Notes: generated from the sequence alone by a model not told the origin. DNA of 64,000 bases from Chrysomallon squamiferum (GCA_012295275.1 CM022666.1:11346001-11410000); one strand, 5' to 3'. Positions 1 to 13,991 are shown, counted from the stretch's first letter. Made by a program: numbers and translations.

Positions 1-1945
1 TCAAGATAAACTGATGGACTACAAAGGGTTAAATCTATTGAAGTGAAGGTATCTCTTGCAGAATGAAAATGTGTGTGACTTTTATCATTAAAGAGAATCA
101 AATAATTTTTGAGAATTAACTTTACCAGTTGTTGACCTCTGTTATTGACCTCTTCACATCCCCACAATTTATTATACCATTGAAATTTCCCATCAGAATA
201 AAAGCAGATGGGAGTTTGTTTATGAGATTTTGGAGGTCTTGAGGGTTAAAACTGAAATGATTGCGAGGAGATAAATAAATTGAACATATAGTTTTATGAG
301 CTGTGACTCTAATACCTACAGCCTGTAAGCTCGTATTTAGGGTAACTACACTCTGGGGAATATTCTCATGAACAAGAATGTAAACACCCCAAGTTGCTCT
401 ATGTTTTGTTTCCTGGAATTTGTGGTAGAGGTTAAATCCCCTAATAGTAATATAATCAGTATCTTTAAGTAAAGTTTCCTGAAGACACACTGCAAGGGGA
501 TTATGTTTAACAACTAAAAGGCTCAATTCATCAAAACTGGGCCTAAGCCCATGGCAATTCCAATGAATGACTGAATTAATCATTAGTAGGTAGTATGGGT
601 TTTAATTTTTCTTTCAGTGACCTTCGAGGCTGTGGACGATTTTCTAAGATATCTGTCAGATTGTCCATATTGGCCAATATTCTGTAAGAATTATCAGTCA
701 GAATCAGTTGTTTTTCAGCTTTCTTTAATCTTTCTAAAGAAGAATCCTTACTCTGTTTCTTGGTTTCTTTTCCAGAAGGCAGCTTGCTGGGCGCTGGCAG
801 CCTGGCAGATGAGCCCTTTGAAAGATTTTTAGAATCCAAAGAATTTTGTGCTTTAGCATTCTGTTTCTTTGTTTTTTCAATATCCAAAATCATTTTAAAT
901 TTGTCTACACCTTTTGGCCATGTTAGATAGTCTGAATGGCTATGAAGGCTACAGACACCTTAACAGCGGTCTCTTAACAATTTTCCTCCACAATTGGTAC
1001 ATGCCATATCATTTTGACATGTCTTGCTTTCATGGTCAAACTGACCAATCAAGCACATGTCAGTATCCTTCTTTCATGGAATCTGGAAGAGTGGGCAAAT
1101 TAAATGTCAGAATAAAGGTTCATTGTTGCAACACACCTTTATCTGCTTGACAAATGTGACACCTTGTGAGTAGAGATTTTTGCAAATCTTTTCCTCACTG
1201 ACACCTTCCAGATCCATACACCAAATCACTCCTTTCAATGTATTTAGTGTTGTGTGCAGACTGACTCTAATTGGTATTACACACAAAATTCTTGACTTCA
1301 GTAAATTTTGAGAATGACTCTGTTGAGTCAATAACAAACCATTCCTGAGTTTCTTTACATTTTTAGGCTCATTGACCAAGCCTTGGAGCCCCTTCTGTAT
1401 TGCAAAAGGCAAGTTTTTTTCAGTGCCTCGGTTGAGTTGAGATAAATTTATTTTTAAGTTCAACATAGTGAGTAATTGAAATTCATCAACCATGCCCAGA
1501 CCTGCCACCAAGACCAACAAGGGAACATGATTCTGAGGATACCCACCTGATATACTCAGGCAATAAAAATATAAATCACCTGATTGACCCTAGCCACCAT
1601 CCCAAGAGCACCAGATACAGACTTCAAGTTACCATCTTTGCTCCTGACAAAAATAAATAAAAACCATGGTTGTTAGCTCTTTAGCTTGGCTTGACAAGCC
1701 AATTGATCAGATCAGGCTGAACCTGATCTCTCGTCTATATGAACTCCAGGCCAAAGTGGTGTGTTGCCAATGGCAATGTGCTCAGTTGCAGACATTAACT
1801 ATGACTCAACCACCAGGATCCCATCATCCACTTCACAGGTTGCACCTCGTGGTAAACAAGGTGCCTCATATGAGAAGTTGTGCTGTTATTGGCCATTCTA
1901 AGAATGTCCACCTCTGCACCAAGGTGTGGTTACTGCTCACACAAG
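1..1945 (-). mobile_element. Degenerate non-LTR retrotransposon (I/Nimb/Jockey-like LINE): 5' UTR, frameshifted gag-like ORF1 and start of ORF2 (APE endonuclease), running off the left edge
   Basis: ORF 122..583(-) begins MINSVIHWNCHGLR...AVCLQET and ends FILMGNFNG, matching APE motifs WNxxG, LQET and GDFN. ORF1 pieces: LPFAIQKGLQGLVNEPKNVKKLRNGLLL...HTTLNTLKGVI (1107..1520) and a zinc-knuckle relic GQFDHESKTC..CTNCGGK (~980-1050). The ORF1 stop overlaps the ORF2 ATG at 576-583. Multiple frameshifts; the 5' boundary is approximate. Confidence 0.85.
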
Positions 1946-1950
1946 GCGAT

Positions 1951-1961
1951 AATATATATAT

Positions 1962-2030
<69 letters not shown>

Positions 2031-2106
2031 CGTATGTGTAAATATATGTGTGTGTGTGTGTATGTGTGTATATATATATGTATACATGTATATGTGTATA
2101 TATGTA

Positions 2107-2175
<69 letters not shown>

Positions 2176-2186
2176 GTATGCATGCA
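1951..2186. repeat. Compound microsatellite (TA)n/(TACA)n/(TG)n/(TATG)n
   Basis: Directly visible; generates the spurious IYIYIY ORFs. Confidence 0.97.
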
Positions 2187-4009
2187 TGTAACCCACAGGT
2201 TACTCACTACATAAAATCACTAAGGAATAAACAAACAAGACAGGGTTTCAGATTAAAGGGCTTTAATACTAGGTAATCCCCGATATAGAAATATTATCAT
2301 ATACAACATTGTAACTCTGGCATCTCAAAGGAGGACAAACTCATCAGGTTCATAAAACAAATCATAATAAAAATGTTACAGTCACAAAACCAAAAAAATC
2401 AAACCAATACAAAAAAAATCTGATGTTTAGATACAAAAAAAAATTATAGACAAATATATTCAACAAATACATATTAATATACAGTTTATAGAATAGGAAA
2501 CAATGGCTGTTATTTCTCTATTCTACACTTGTTTATATGAATATCAAATATTTTCTAACTAGCAGTCATTCATTAGCTATAAAACAGAGACCCACAAAAA
2601 GCATATCTTTTCTTCTTTTTAAATTTAATTAATTTAGTGCTCATTTGTATATTTTCCAAGTGCACTTTAAGACATTATATTAAATAACAACATAATAGCA
2701 TTGACATAAAATGTTCTTAATATCTTAATTACATTCAGTTTATGAAATGGTGATTAAAAATCATGAAAACCATATATTTCACTGTTTCAATTCTGCATAC
2801 ATACATGCACAGCCTAACAATGACAAAGCAGTTTAAAACCTATTATAATTTTTAAAACCTGTAACATAATAACAATCAGGATTAAAATCGTTTGAATTAA
2901 AAAAACATATATATATATATATACATCATCTACACAAAGAAGAAAGACATTAATGGTAGAAACATAAACTTTATGCCTGTATGAAATATTCTTTATCTAT
3001 GTTCTTCTGGTTTTTGTTACAACCATAACAGCTGCAACCAGTTTATGACCACCAAGTTTGTAGTAAAATAAAATCATTCTATAAATATGTTGTTGGCATA
3101 GTAAAACGAAGAGACAAAATCACTGAAACATCAGATGTTATGTTTGTCTCACCACCTTATATTTGCACTAAATCATCTGTTTAAAGGTGGATTAACTGTT
3201 CCTAATAGGAATTAAAGACATCATTAGTAATTACAGAATTAAAAAGATAAACATATTTGATATAATGTTATGGTAATTAACATATGAATCACAGATGTTC
3301 AACAACAATAACAAAAATATATCCAAAATAGTTTTACACCTAAGCACAAAATTGTTTTAAACCTTTTAAACAGAGCTATTTTAATAGTTTATTATCTTTT
3401 GTTAAGTCTGATTATTACATCTTGTTATATTTAATGGATAGTGTTATACAGAGGCAAATGTACAACCATTTGTGAATGTTCATTTATATGTATATCTGGT
3501 TTCTTAGCAACATTCTAACACTACTTCAATTATGCATTCTTTAGACTGTAAAGTGCTTCTCTACAGCTCGCTCTGATTATCACATTATATTTTTTCCATT
3601 TCCATAGACTGTAAAGCAAGCTGTACGCTTGAATGGATGACTGAAAGTTATTCTGCTCACTGAACTCTGAAGCTGCAGTAAGAAGAGCACAAACTACATA
3701 CTACTAGGATTTCAGCAACATATCAAAAGCTGACAGTTTAGGAACTGGTGAAAGCTGTGGCAGGACAGGAACAGTCAAGAAATCATTAGGAAGCAGGAGC
3801 CTGAGCAAATGTATGTCACTAGTTGTTAACATCCAGGTTTTGTTTTTGTTTTTGTTTTTGTTGTTGTTGTTGTTGTTGTTGTTGTTGATCTTGTTCTTTT
3901 ATAAATATATTTATTTAAAAATGTATGCAGTTATATTTTTAAAATGAAATAATCTTTATTTTTATTTTTACCGTCTGTGAAGCATTCATATTATTACTTT
4001 TTTTATTTT

Positions 4010-4300
4010 TATTATTGCGAATCGCAGTCGTTTTAGGTATTTAAAGCGACCTGGATATCGGTATTCGTTATCGTAACCAAACTGTTTTTTGCAAGGTAGA
4101 GTAAACCTGTTTTTTCCGACGACGTTTTCTTCAAGAAAAATCGGTATTTAAAAAGATTTTACAACTCTCAAAACGAGATGAGGAAGAAAAAGGTAAATTT
4201 ATACAACTGATTTGTATCAAAACTTTTTGCAATTTTTATTCAATCTATTGACTATTGTGCTAAAACCAGTGTGGGCCGCAATGAACCGAATTATTAAACC
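4010..4300 (+). promoter_or_regulatory. CpG-retaining promoter/first-exon region
   Basis: Local cluster of CpGs (gcgaatcgcagtcg...ccgacgacg) amid CpG-depleted flanks; contains the ATG at 4178 and the donor AAG|GTAAAT at 4192/4193. Confidence 0.6.
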
Positions 4301-6450
4301 AAAGACTTTTATATACTTTGTAGTTTAATGACGAATTTAAAAAAAGAAAAAAGAGAAATAAAAATAAAACAAAACAAAGTTTACCTGTTTTAAAACATGT
4401 TCTGCAATTAGGTGTGTGTTGGGCTTTTTTTTGTTTAGAAATGATAATTTAGGAAGAAATCCCTGGGCTTGTTTAGGGTGGTGGTGGATGTTAGAGAGTT
4501 TTATAACTTATTTATTTATTATTTTGAATAGCATCATAAATATGATTAAAAGTACTTAACAAATTTTAAAATACAAGTTACTGCTAGTTACACTTTTATG
4601 TATTTTTTATAACGATATACATCTGAAAGGTTGTTAAAGTTTGCAAATCAAATATTTAAATATTAGAATATATTTAGGTAAATTCAATTCTTATTTCAAA
4701 TATTTTTTTAACTTTTCTTTTCTTTTCTTCAGATATTTAAATTTTACTATTATCTTTTCAGAAAGCAGGTGAAAATGGTAACAGTCGATATCAACAGTAT
4801 TCAAGAAAAATGATTGAAGATGCATTTAATGCTGTAGTAAAAAACAAAATGACAGTCTATCAGGCATCAAAAAAATTCCATATACCATACATGACACTGT
4901 CCGACAAAGTTCATGGCAAGAGACCACTTTATACAAAACTAGGCCGTAAATCACTTTTAACAGATGAGAATGAGCATGCATTTGCTGACCATGTTAAATA
5001 TCTTTTTAATATTGGATATGGCTTTGCAAAATCTGATTTCTTGCAGATGGCTACTAATTATGTTCTGCATCTGGATAAAACAAGTGTCAAAGGTCATGGA
5101 AAAATAGGTAAAATCTGGTATTACAATTTTCTTAAAAAACATCCTGATGTGATTTCCGTTCGTCCTTTCAGCAAACATCAGTGTGCGACACTGGAAGCAG
5201 TTGTAAAGTATTACACTGAATTAGAAGCAGTGTTAGAGGAACACAAATTTCTTACGAATCCAGACACTATTTATATAATGGATAAAGTAGATTATGAATA
5301 TAGCATGAGCTTGAATGGGAAAGTTAAGTATGAATCTGCTAATCCTTTGGTTGTCAAAGTTACAAAACCTGTTCATGTCATTTTCATTGGAGCTGGCAAT
5401 TGTAAAGGAAAACATATTCCAGGACATCAGGTTTTCACTGACAACACAGTGGACTTGAGATCTACTCCTGCTTCCAATTTTTCTGTAACTGCAAATTCGT
5501 GGCTGGATAGTAATGTACTGAAGCAGTATTTTCTGGAGACTTTTCTACCATACTTTAGAGATAAGACAAAGAGAAAAAGTAGACTTCCTCTTTTAGTCCT
5601 GTATGATGCTCACAAATTTATTACATGTCCTGGAATAGTTCAGTGGCTGTATGACAGAAATATTATTTTTTTCCCACTTCCACCACATGCTAGTTTCTGT
5701 CAACAAGCTAAGATAATTTCACTACTTAATGGCTTTGAGGACATCTATAATAAACAGCTAAGTAAAAGAAATATTTCTAAGAAATCACAACGTATGTCAG
5801 AGGTGGCAGCTGATGTGTATACCAAAGTTATAGATAAGTCTAATCTTGCTTCTCTGTTCTTTGAGTTAGGTATTGTGCCATACAATGCTTTTGCATTAAG
5901 TCGACCAAAGTTTAGCTGTAAAGTTAAACGGGCCAAGTGGTCAGAGACTCAGAGAGCGAAACAGAAAGTAAAATACCATGAAGATGAAGTTTTAGAATCA
6001 GATAGTGACACTGAGCCTAGTAACAATCAGTCAGTGAAAAGAAAAAGAAAAGCAGAAGATCAGTTTTGCAGTCTAAGGGCATGCAGAACTAGCAAGCAGT
6101 TGGAAACACATCATTCAAAACACAAAAATATGAAATCTGAAGTTGTTGATATTTGTTGTGAGGACAATGAGAGGCATAATTTCAGTACTGATGATAACAG
6201 TGGAGTGGAAATTATAAGCAATATTGAAGTCAATGAAAATGTTGATCTTGAAATAGAAAACATTGAGGTAAATTCATGGACTGAAAAAGAACAGCAGTGC
6301 TGTGTTTGTGAGAAGACTTCTATTGTTGCTGGGATTGACATAGACTGGGTGCATTGTGAGGCATGTTCACACTGGACGCACCTCAGTACGTGTACAAGTT
6401 CTGCTCAGTTAATGGAAGATAAATTTTATTGTACACACTGTTCTTCATGA
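4178..6450 (+). CDS. Pogo/Tigger transposase-derived protein (HTH-psq + CENP-B-type HTH + degenerate DDE_1 + C-terminal PHD-like finger), ~567 aa; exons 4178-4192 and 4762-6450
   Basis: Intact ORF 4810..6450. A phase-0 splice from ATGAGGAAGAAAAAG|gt to ttttcag|AAAGCA (4762) extends it in frame and completes the psq motif YQQYSRKMIEDAFNAV..MTVYQASKKFHIPYMTLSDKV. Also seen: GKIWYYNFLKKHP (CENP-B HTH); IYIMD, NSWLDS, LLVLYDAH, LPPHAS (DDE_1 motifs); CCVC..WVHCEACSHWTH..C..FYCTHC (PHD). Confidence 0.85.
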
Positions 6451-9400
6451 CAAAGCAGGAAACAAAGAATACTGTGATAGGAAAAATTAATCCCATTGTT
6501 TATAAACGTGGAATTGATTTAATAGTTTCATATGTAAATGTAGATAATAACTTAAAAATTTAAAAAGCGATTTTTTTGGTTTAGGATTTTTATGTTTTAT
6601 TTTAAAGACGCATAATAAATCCTTTTGGACAGTTTTGTTTTGCTTTTACAAAGAGTACCACTTCTAATTTATATATTTTAACCAAGTTATAATATGTTGA
6701 TTATGTAAATTAGAACACAAGTATTACTATTTAGAATACAAAGCATTTTTAATATAATACATTAATTCATTATTTAGTCATGTAAAATTCAGTGTACCTA
6801 GCTGAGATATTTATGTAACCAGTGGTTACTACAGAATAACTTAAGATATTTTCTTCAGAAATTGGTTACCATCTATTGCTTTTCTGTGTCATTAGTTTCT
6901 ATATTTTTCTAAAGGTTTATAGTCAGTTACTATCATAGTACTGATGGTCACTGTAGTTTTCTTGTACACAAGATGGGGAACATTTGGCTGTTAAATAAAG
7001 CTGATACATGCACTGCATGCTTTTAACAAAATGGCCAACAACCTTCAGTAGTTATACAGTCTCACAGCAGCTCCCTGCCTCTCCCTTCAAACTTCCTTCA
7101 GGAGAGACTGATAATTATTTTATTTAATAAATATTTGTAGTTGTTGGTATGGATGTCTGTAAGATTCTTGGGTTTTTTTCTTTTTTTCTCAGGATATTAA
7201 ACTTTTATTGTGTGTGTATGTGTCTGTTTTATATCTTGAATTTATTAACATGTTTGGAACAGTTAATGAATAGTATGCATTTACTAGGAAATATTTGTTT
7301 TATATTTGTCATTTTGGCTATTTTTTTTCTGTTGTTTTATTAACAAACTTTTTAAGTGAATAAAAATGATAAAGCATAATGTCTAAACTGTTTTTTGTTT
7401 TGTTTTATCTCATTGCTGAGTTAACATTTATATTTATACTCTTCTTATAGTTTTAAACTTTACATTAAGATGTGCATGCAGAAAGCAGTAATGTAAATAG
7501 TATCTTATTAAATCAGAAGAAATATTTACTGTATAATTTATTTCATGAAATTATTTCATTTTAACTTTCATTTTCTAACTTATCCAATATTCTTTTTTTC
7601 AGATCTTTGATTTGAACAAAGTAGATCAAAAGAATAAAATGAAATCCATAGATATTGTGATGCATACTAAGTTTGATTAAGTTGTGTTGACTTAGCATGG
7701 CTTTTTTAATAAACATTGTATTTGTTGTTAAACTATGCAACATGATGTTGAAATACAGTGTAAAATGTGATGTGAATCATTTTACAGCCTTCAAATTAAG
7801 ATGTAAATATATTCTGCTATGTAACATGCTGTTGATGAATAGAATGGATGAAGTGCTACAATCTCTGATTGTGAATGATTTATTTATAGCTACTGAATCT
7901 AATTTTTGTTTTCTTTATGTCAGTGGGATTTCCATATGTATATTATTTTAAAGTTCAATAATACAAATACATTATTTATCTTATTATTCTTGTTAAATGT
8001 TACAGGTTAGTGCTCTGATGTTAGTTATTTACATTATCTTATTTTTAACAGAAACATGGCATCTTAGGTTCAGTATTATTATTTAGTTAATTTGTCAGAT
8101 GCATACAGTTTGTACACATGTAGAATGAAATGTCAAAGAGATTTGTGCATTACTGAATACACAGAACTGAAATGAAGGAGATCTGAACAATGGTAATAAC
8201 TAATTGTATTGTAAATATGTTAACTGCAGGTCTGTTTTAGTTTGCACTCTGAATCTCTACACAACAATACTTTTGTTTCTTATTTCTTAGAACTGTTTAT
8301 CATTAATTTTTTTCTGTGGACTATGAAAAAAAGCAACAACGTTATTACTAATGTTATTAACAGCCAGCCATTTTGAAATATGATAACCTCAACAACTGTA
8401 ATGTTATCACAGTTCTGAAAATGTCAAAGTGTTTTTGCTGACATGTACAGTTATGTATCACATCTGCATTTTCACATTTTAAGAAAGCTATAATAGCTTG
8501 TCAGCAAACATTAAATATTTGCTTGCAGATAAGTGGTAACAGGAAACTTGGTTTGTGTTGTGATTAAAGACACACTGCCACAGAACACTGTCTGGAATGT
8601 AAATTAATGTGCCTTCAAGATTTCCCACAGTTCTCATTCTTCATAATTTCATTTCTTTTATTATTATTATTATTATTTTTTTTTTTTTTTGTATTATTAT
8701 TTTTTTTTTTGACTTCACTATATATGAACATCTAAAGAATTATAAAAGTTAAATATTTTTTACACATAATTAAATGTGATACTGGTGCTTTTGGGACAGC
8801 TTTGTTAAGTTTTTGAACAAGTGAATGTGAAAATCAACAACAAATTTTAAAAATGATTTTACCACTGAATTTAGTTATTCTTGCATTTTTCAAGATTTAT
8901 TTATTATTGCATTATTTATTATCTCAAGATCTACAGTCAAAGGTGCCAACAACTGAGTTTGTAGAATCCAGCTACAATATGTTGACCTAGATATTTACTC
9001 TATTTACTGACCTACATTATGTTACCAACCCATTAAAAGTTACATTTCTGTTTAAACAGTGATGCGTGACAGCATCGCCTTTTTCTGCTGACAGGACACA
9101 ATAATATTTCTTCTGAGATTTTTTCAGCATTCTTTTCTTGGATCTGAAGTGTTCTGACTGTAAGAGAATCTGAGGTGAAAAGAAAGACAGATAGAAAATT
9201 AAGTATTGTGCATTCTGCATGATTAGAATGCTCTGCTGAACTCCAGTCAAAAATCAGTATAGAATACCTTAAATGGCAAAGATAAATTAATTCTGAAGGT
9301 ATTTTTCTCAAAGATGTTATACATTATAATTATTGTTTTATCTTGCTCTCTATATTAACTGGATTGTTATTTCCATGTTGTTAATAATATTATTATTATG

Positions 9401-9461
9401 ATTATTATTATTATTTTCAGACTTTAGTCAGTATAGACCATAATTATTGCCAATCTTCAAA

Positions 9462-9911
9462 ATGTCTCACAAACTAGGATTTGCAATTTTGGGTTTTGGA
9501 AGAATGGGTAAGTGAATTGTATTTTTTAATATATTTTATTTTCATTGCAGATATAGTATCTGTGTATCACTTACTTAATCCAGTGTACTTATAGTTAGTT
9601 TACCGAACTGCTACTATATTATTACAATTTGTGGTTATTTCTTTTTTTATTATTATTCGGCTGATATCTTTTTAAAGTGTGGTACTTAAATATCAGATCT
9701 GTGAGGATTCATGAAGCTGACATTTTTCTTTCATTTTGACACTTTAAAATTTCACAATTATAACCAAGAATGAAAGTGGACAGTAAATAAAATGATAGTA
9801 AAAAAATTAATGTAGATCACTTCTTCATTAAACCTAAGATAGCTGCAGAGTTTAGATAATTATTAAAACATTTTGTTTTTAATTTTCTTTATTTCTGTTG
9901 GAGTAATAAAA

Positions 9912-9945
<34 letters not shown>

Positions 9946-12900
9946 ACATGACTGTCCAAAACATCTCAGGTTCCTGTGTCAGCCAGTAGTAATTTATCCC
10001 AGTTATTTGCAACTGATATTTCACTTTTAACCTGAAGAAGGAAAATGATGAAAGGAGATACCAGGTTGTTACTATTGTGATAATTTAATGACAGATATAT
10101 TGCAGGTCTTGTTCATGTGAAGACTCTGATGGCATCACCTAGAGCTAATGTGAAGTGGATTGTGCGAAACAAACTTGAAGAAGCTAAACAGTTTGTTAAC
10201 TCCTACGGTCTGGCTGCTGGGTGTTCAAGCCCTGACAACCTTGACCCTGTGTTAAATGATCCTGAGTAAGATTTAAATAGGAAAAGTATTACATTATTAT
10301 TATTTAGAACAGTAGTAATAATGGTAATAGTAATAGCAGTAGTGGTAGTGGTAGGAATATACAGATTATTTTTTTTAAAGATTGATAAGATTATTTTTAT
10401 ATTTCTAGACTGAGTAGATCATTGAATTTTTCTATACCTGATTTTATTTTGTTTTTGTTTTAATTTAATTTAATTTAATTTAATTTAATTTAATTTAATT
10501 TAATTTAATTTAATTTAATTTTATTTATTTTTTATTTTTTTATTTTACTTTATTTTTTATTTATTTAATATGTTTCTTTTTGTTGTTGTTTTTTTGTACA
10601 CAGTGATGTAGTGACTAAAAAGATAAATGAAATTGACAATGAATCCTCATAAGTTTGTTTTACTTTACTACTGTATAATAAGAATTTAATAAATACGTTC
10701 TACAAATACATAATTGTTTCCATGCATAAACAGATTTTAATTCCTTGAAAAGTATTTCTTGAACCTTTAAATATAAGATGTTTTCTTTAGTAATCTGTTT
10801 TCTCTTTCTCTTTAGTGTTCATGCAGTGGTGATTTGCTCTCCAACATCTGCACATGAAAGTCAGATTACAAAAGCACTGCAAGCTGGTTTGTGACAATTC
10901 ATTTTTTAATTAGATAAAACCAAACAGAGATCTCAGTGCTCTCAGGTTCATATTTTGTGCTGCTAGTATTTCCCATTCAAGACCATGCTATTGCTATTCT
11001 TTGTATTGAAAGTACAATGCAAAATATTTCTTTCTTCTAATCAGTAACAATTGCCCATAATTTAATAGTCTTTCATAATATAAGTAAATCATGTCTATTA
11101 ACCAGTCTATATTTTGAAAAGTTAAAAAGACATTCATTTATTCTAACAAACATTAGCCTCCCCCACTTCCAGTGAAATGGTATAAAAACAATAACGATTA
11201 AAATAAATAAATAAAAGAAGAACAACAATAAAGTATGAAATAAAAAATCACTTCCAATGCATCATATTTCATTAATAATTTTTTTTTTGCTGCATCATTA
11301 GAGTATGTTTGTTTTTCTCAGGCAAAGCTATATTTTGTGAGAAGCCAGTAACTAGTGACAGAACAACAACAAAACAGTTGTATCAGTTAGCAGACCAACA
11401 AAAAAACCCTTTGTTTTGTGCATTTAACAGGTGAGTATCATTCAGTTTTTGTTATCTCTGTTTTGCTTTACAGATTTCCATGTAGAGTAGTCAATCAGGT
11501 TAAGAAAGCTCACATACTGATTTCATACATTAACCTCCTCTACTAATAGCTGATCTCATAAGACAAGAAAAACTCCAAACAAATTTAACTCTACTCTTTG
11601 ATTTTAACACACACTGTATATCATGCATCAAAATCATTAAACATATTTAAAAACTTTTCAGGCGGTTTGACCCAAGTTTCCGAGAAACATATAACTGTAT
11701 TAGAAGTGGAAAATATGGTAATCTTCGACTCCTAAAAGTATCCAGCCATGATGTGAAATATTCTCCAATATCATACATCAAAACTTCAGGTTATCTTAAA
11801 AAAAATATTTATAATTTTTTAATGTTTGTGGCTTGAAAACTTAAATTTTGGTGGGATTTTTGTATATGTAAGTAACAGTAAAGATCTTTAATATTCTTCT
11901 CAACAACATTCTCAATTTTAAGTCAATAACATTCTCAATTTTTCATGTTTATACCATTTTTCTTTGCTTTTAGATTAATGTACACATATTTAAAATTTTA
12001 CTGTTAAACCTATCAAATGTTATTTTTATGATTAAAATTTTTGATTAAGCACCAGAGAAATATGATTTTATAAAGACCTCTTTAACAGCATACTTTCAGA
12101 AGATAGTATCGCTGATTATGTATTGCAAACTTTTTTTTGTTGTAACCAATATGACCCTACTCATATGGTTGGCATTATTTGCATGATTACTATTATGCCT
12201 TTTTTCTTCTTCAACAATTTTTCAGGTGGCATACTTAATGATTCTACCATTCATGATTTGGACTGTTCACTGTGGATGGTAGGATCTGAACCAGATGTTA
12301 TATCTGTGCAGGGCAGTGCCTTCAACCCTGAAATAAGGGACTGCAATGATCATGATCTTGTTGTTGTGACAATCAGATATAAAAATGGAGTAGTGGCTGT
12401 TATTGACAATGGTCGTCAAGCTAATTTTGGATACGTTCAAAGTCTTGAGGTATGTTACAGACACTGTAATTTTTAAACATCTTTTTCTTATTATACTCAG
12501 TCTGGAATTCTCTTATTGTTTTTTTAATGGGTTTTTTTTCAGGCATTGTGTGACAAAGGTTTACTGGTTGTGACAGACAGACAGCTCAACCAGTTTCACC
12601 GGTACGACAGTAATGGACGTAGAGCTCCTGACATACACACAGAATGTATGACACGCTATGCAGAAGCATACCAGCATGAAATGGAACATTTTCTTGATGT
12701 ATTACAAGGTACATAGTTCTTTCAAAATTCCTTATAAATTCAAATAATTCTCCAGTGATGCTGCTCCAAGGAAGAAAACAGTTAAATACATAATAAAGAT
12801 ATTATATTCATATGGACAATCAGATATTATTTTACACACAATTCATCACATTAATCACATAATCCTTCAAAAGCCAGCATTTTATTACTAAGTTTATACC

Positions 12901-13487
12901 TTATCAAAATCTAAAACAAAATATTTCTGCACCTTATTTGTAATTTTGCAATTTGATAATGCAATTGTTCTGGGGATGATTCCTTCATCAGAAATATGAG
13001 GTTTCCTAGTTTAAAGAAATGTTCCAAGTTCTACAATGTTTTCTATCATAATCCATTTACTCCTTGAACATTTGTTGTAATCTGCCATCCTCAATAATAA
13101 ATATTGTAATCTACATGACAAAATTTAAAAATAACCAAAATTAAATTTTGAGATTAATTTATTTCTTAAAATATAGTTTTCATTTCAAAACAACAACGTA
13201 CTTGTTTTAAATTATTTCTTAAAATTACAGATTTAATTTTCAAATTAATAATAAAACATTATCTTAATTTTTTAAATAAAAGAATTAAAAGATATTTGTG
13301 AAACCAGATAATAATGTAATTGTTTGTATGTAAACTATTCAAATTATATAAAACAAGTTTGCTTTCTGCAGGTAAATCTGAGCTGAGTATCACTGCAAAA
13401 GATACATTATCTGTAATGGCCCTCGTTGAAGCAGGCAACAAGTCACTGAAGACAGGAAAGCCAGAACAGTTTGCTGATTACATCTAA
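9462..13487 (+). CDS. Gfo/Idh/MocA-family oxidoreductase, myo-inositol 2-dehydrogenase (IolG/YrbE)-like, 339 aa, 8 coding exons
   Basis: GT-AG exons 9462-9507, 10106-10265, 10816-10886, 11322-11430, 11662-11789, 12226-12449, 12543-12708 and 13372-13487 sum to 1020 nt in one open frame. Motifs: ILGFGRMG (Rossmann), AVVICSPTSAH, GKAIFCEKP, AFNRRFDPSF, SGGILNDSTIHDLD, RYAEAY. Confidence 0.93.
10458..10520. repeat. (TTTAA)n pentanucleotide microsatellite in intron 2 of the oxidoreductase
   Basis: Directly visible. Confidence 0.9.
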
Positions 13488-13949
13488 TCGCTATACATTT
13501 CTGTGGCACAGCAGTTCTTTAAATGTTCTGAATAATATTACTATTCTAAACTGTAATTCTAACTTGTATTTTTATTTAGTTTTATGATTTCATGACTAAA
13601 TTATGTAAATGCTTTGTTTTAACTCAGCAATATATGCATGATCAACTGTCACACATAATTAGATATTTAATTTTGTTTTTGTTCATGGTACACAATATCA
13701 TAATCTGTAAGAAGAGACATATTTAGTTTATGTAAAGAAAACAAAAAGATGTAAACTCAGATTTTACAATAATGAAAAAATTAGTTCATTTTAAGCAGAA
13801 CGGTTTTTCATCAAGTACTATTACAAGTAATGTTTTCTGTTAAACATATCTGGAAAGCAGTATTAAATATGTGAGAACTGACATTTGTATGTTAAAATGA
13901 TTATAAAGTAAAAACTATACATACATACATCTATACATTTATATATATA

Positions 13950-13991
<42 letters not shown>

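Noticed and set aside
1666-2276. ORFs rich in IYIYIY/YVCM on both strands
   Set aside because: Translations of the (TA)n/(TG)n microsatellite plus LINE 5' UTR.
2187-2380. Possible solo LTR bounded by TGTAAC...GTTACA
   Set aside because: No matching target-site duplication (tgca vs gtca) and no second copy in the window.
12123-12476. Stand-alone 117-aa ORF
   Set aside because: It is exon 6 (12226-12449) of the oxidoreductase plus flanking intron sequence.
9462-13487. Bacterial contamination or recent horizontal transfer of iolG
   Set aside because: Seven canonical introns and host-like composition; IolG-like genes are known in invertebrates.
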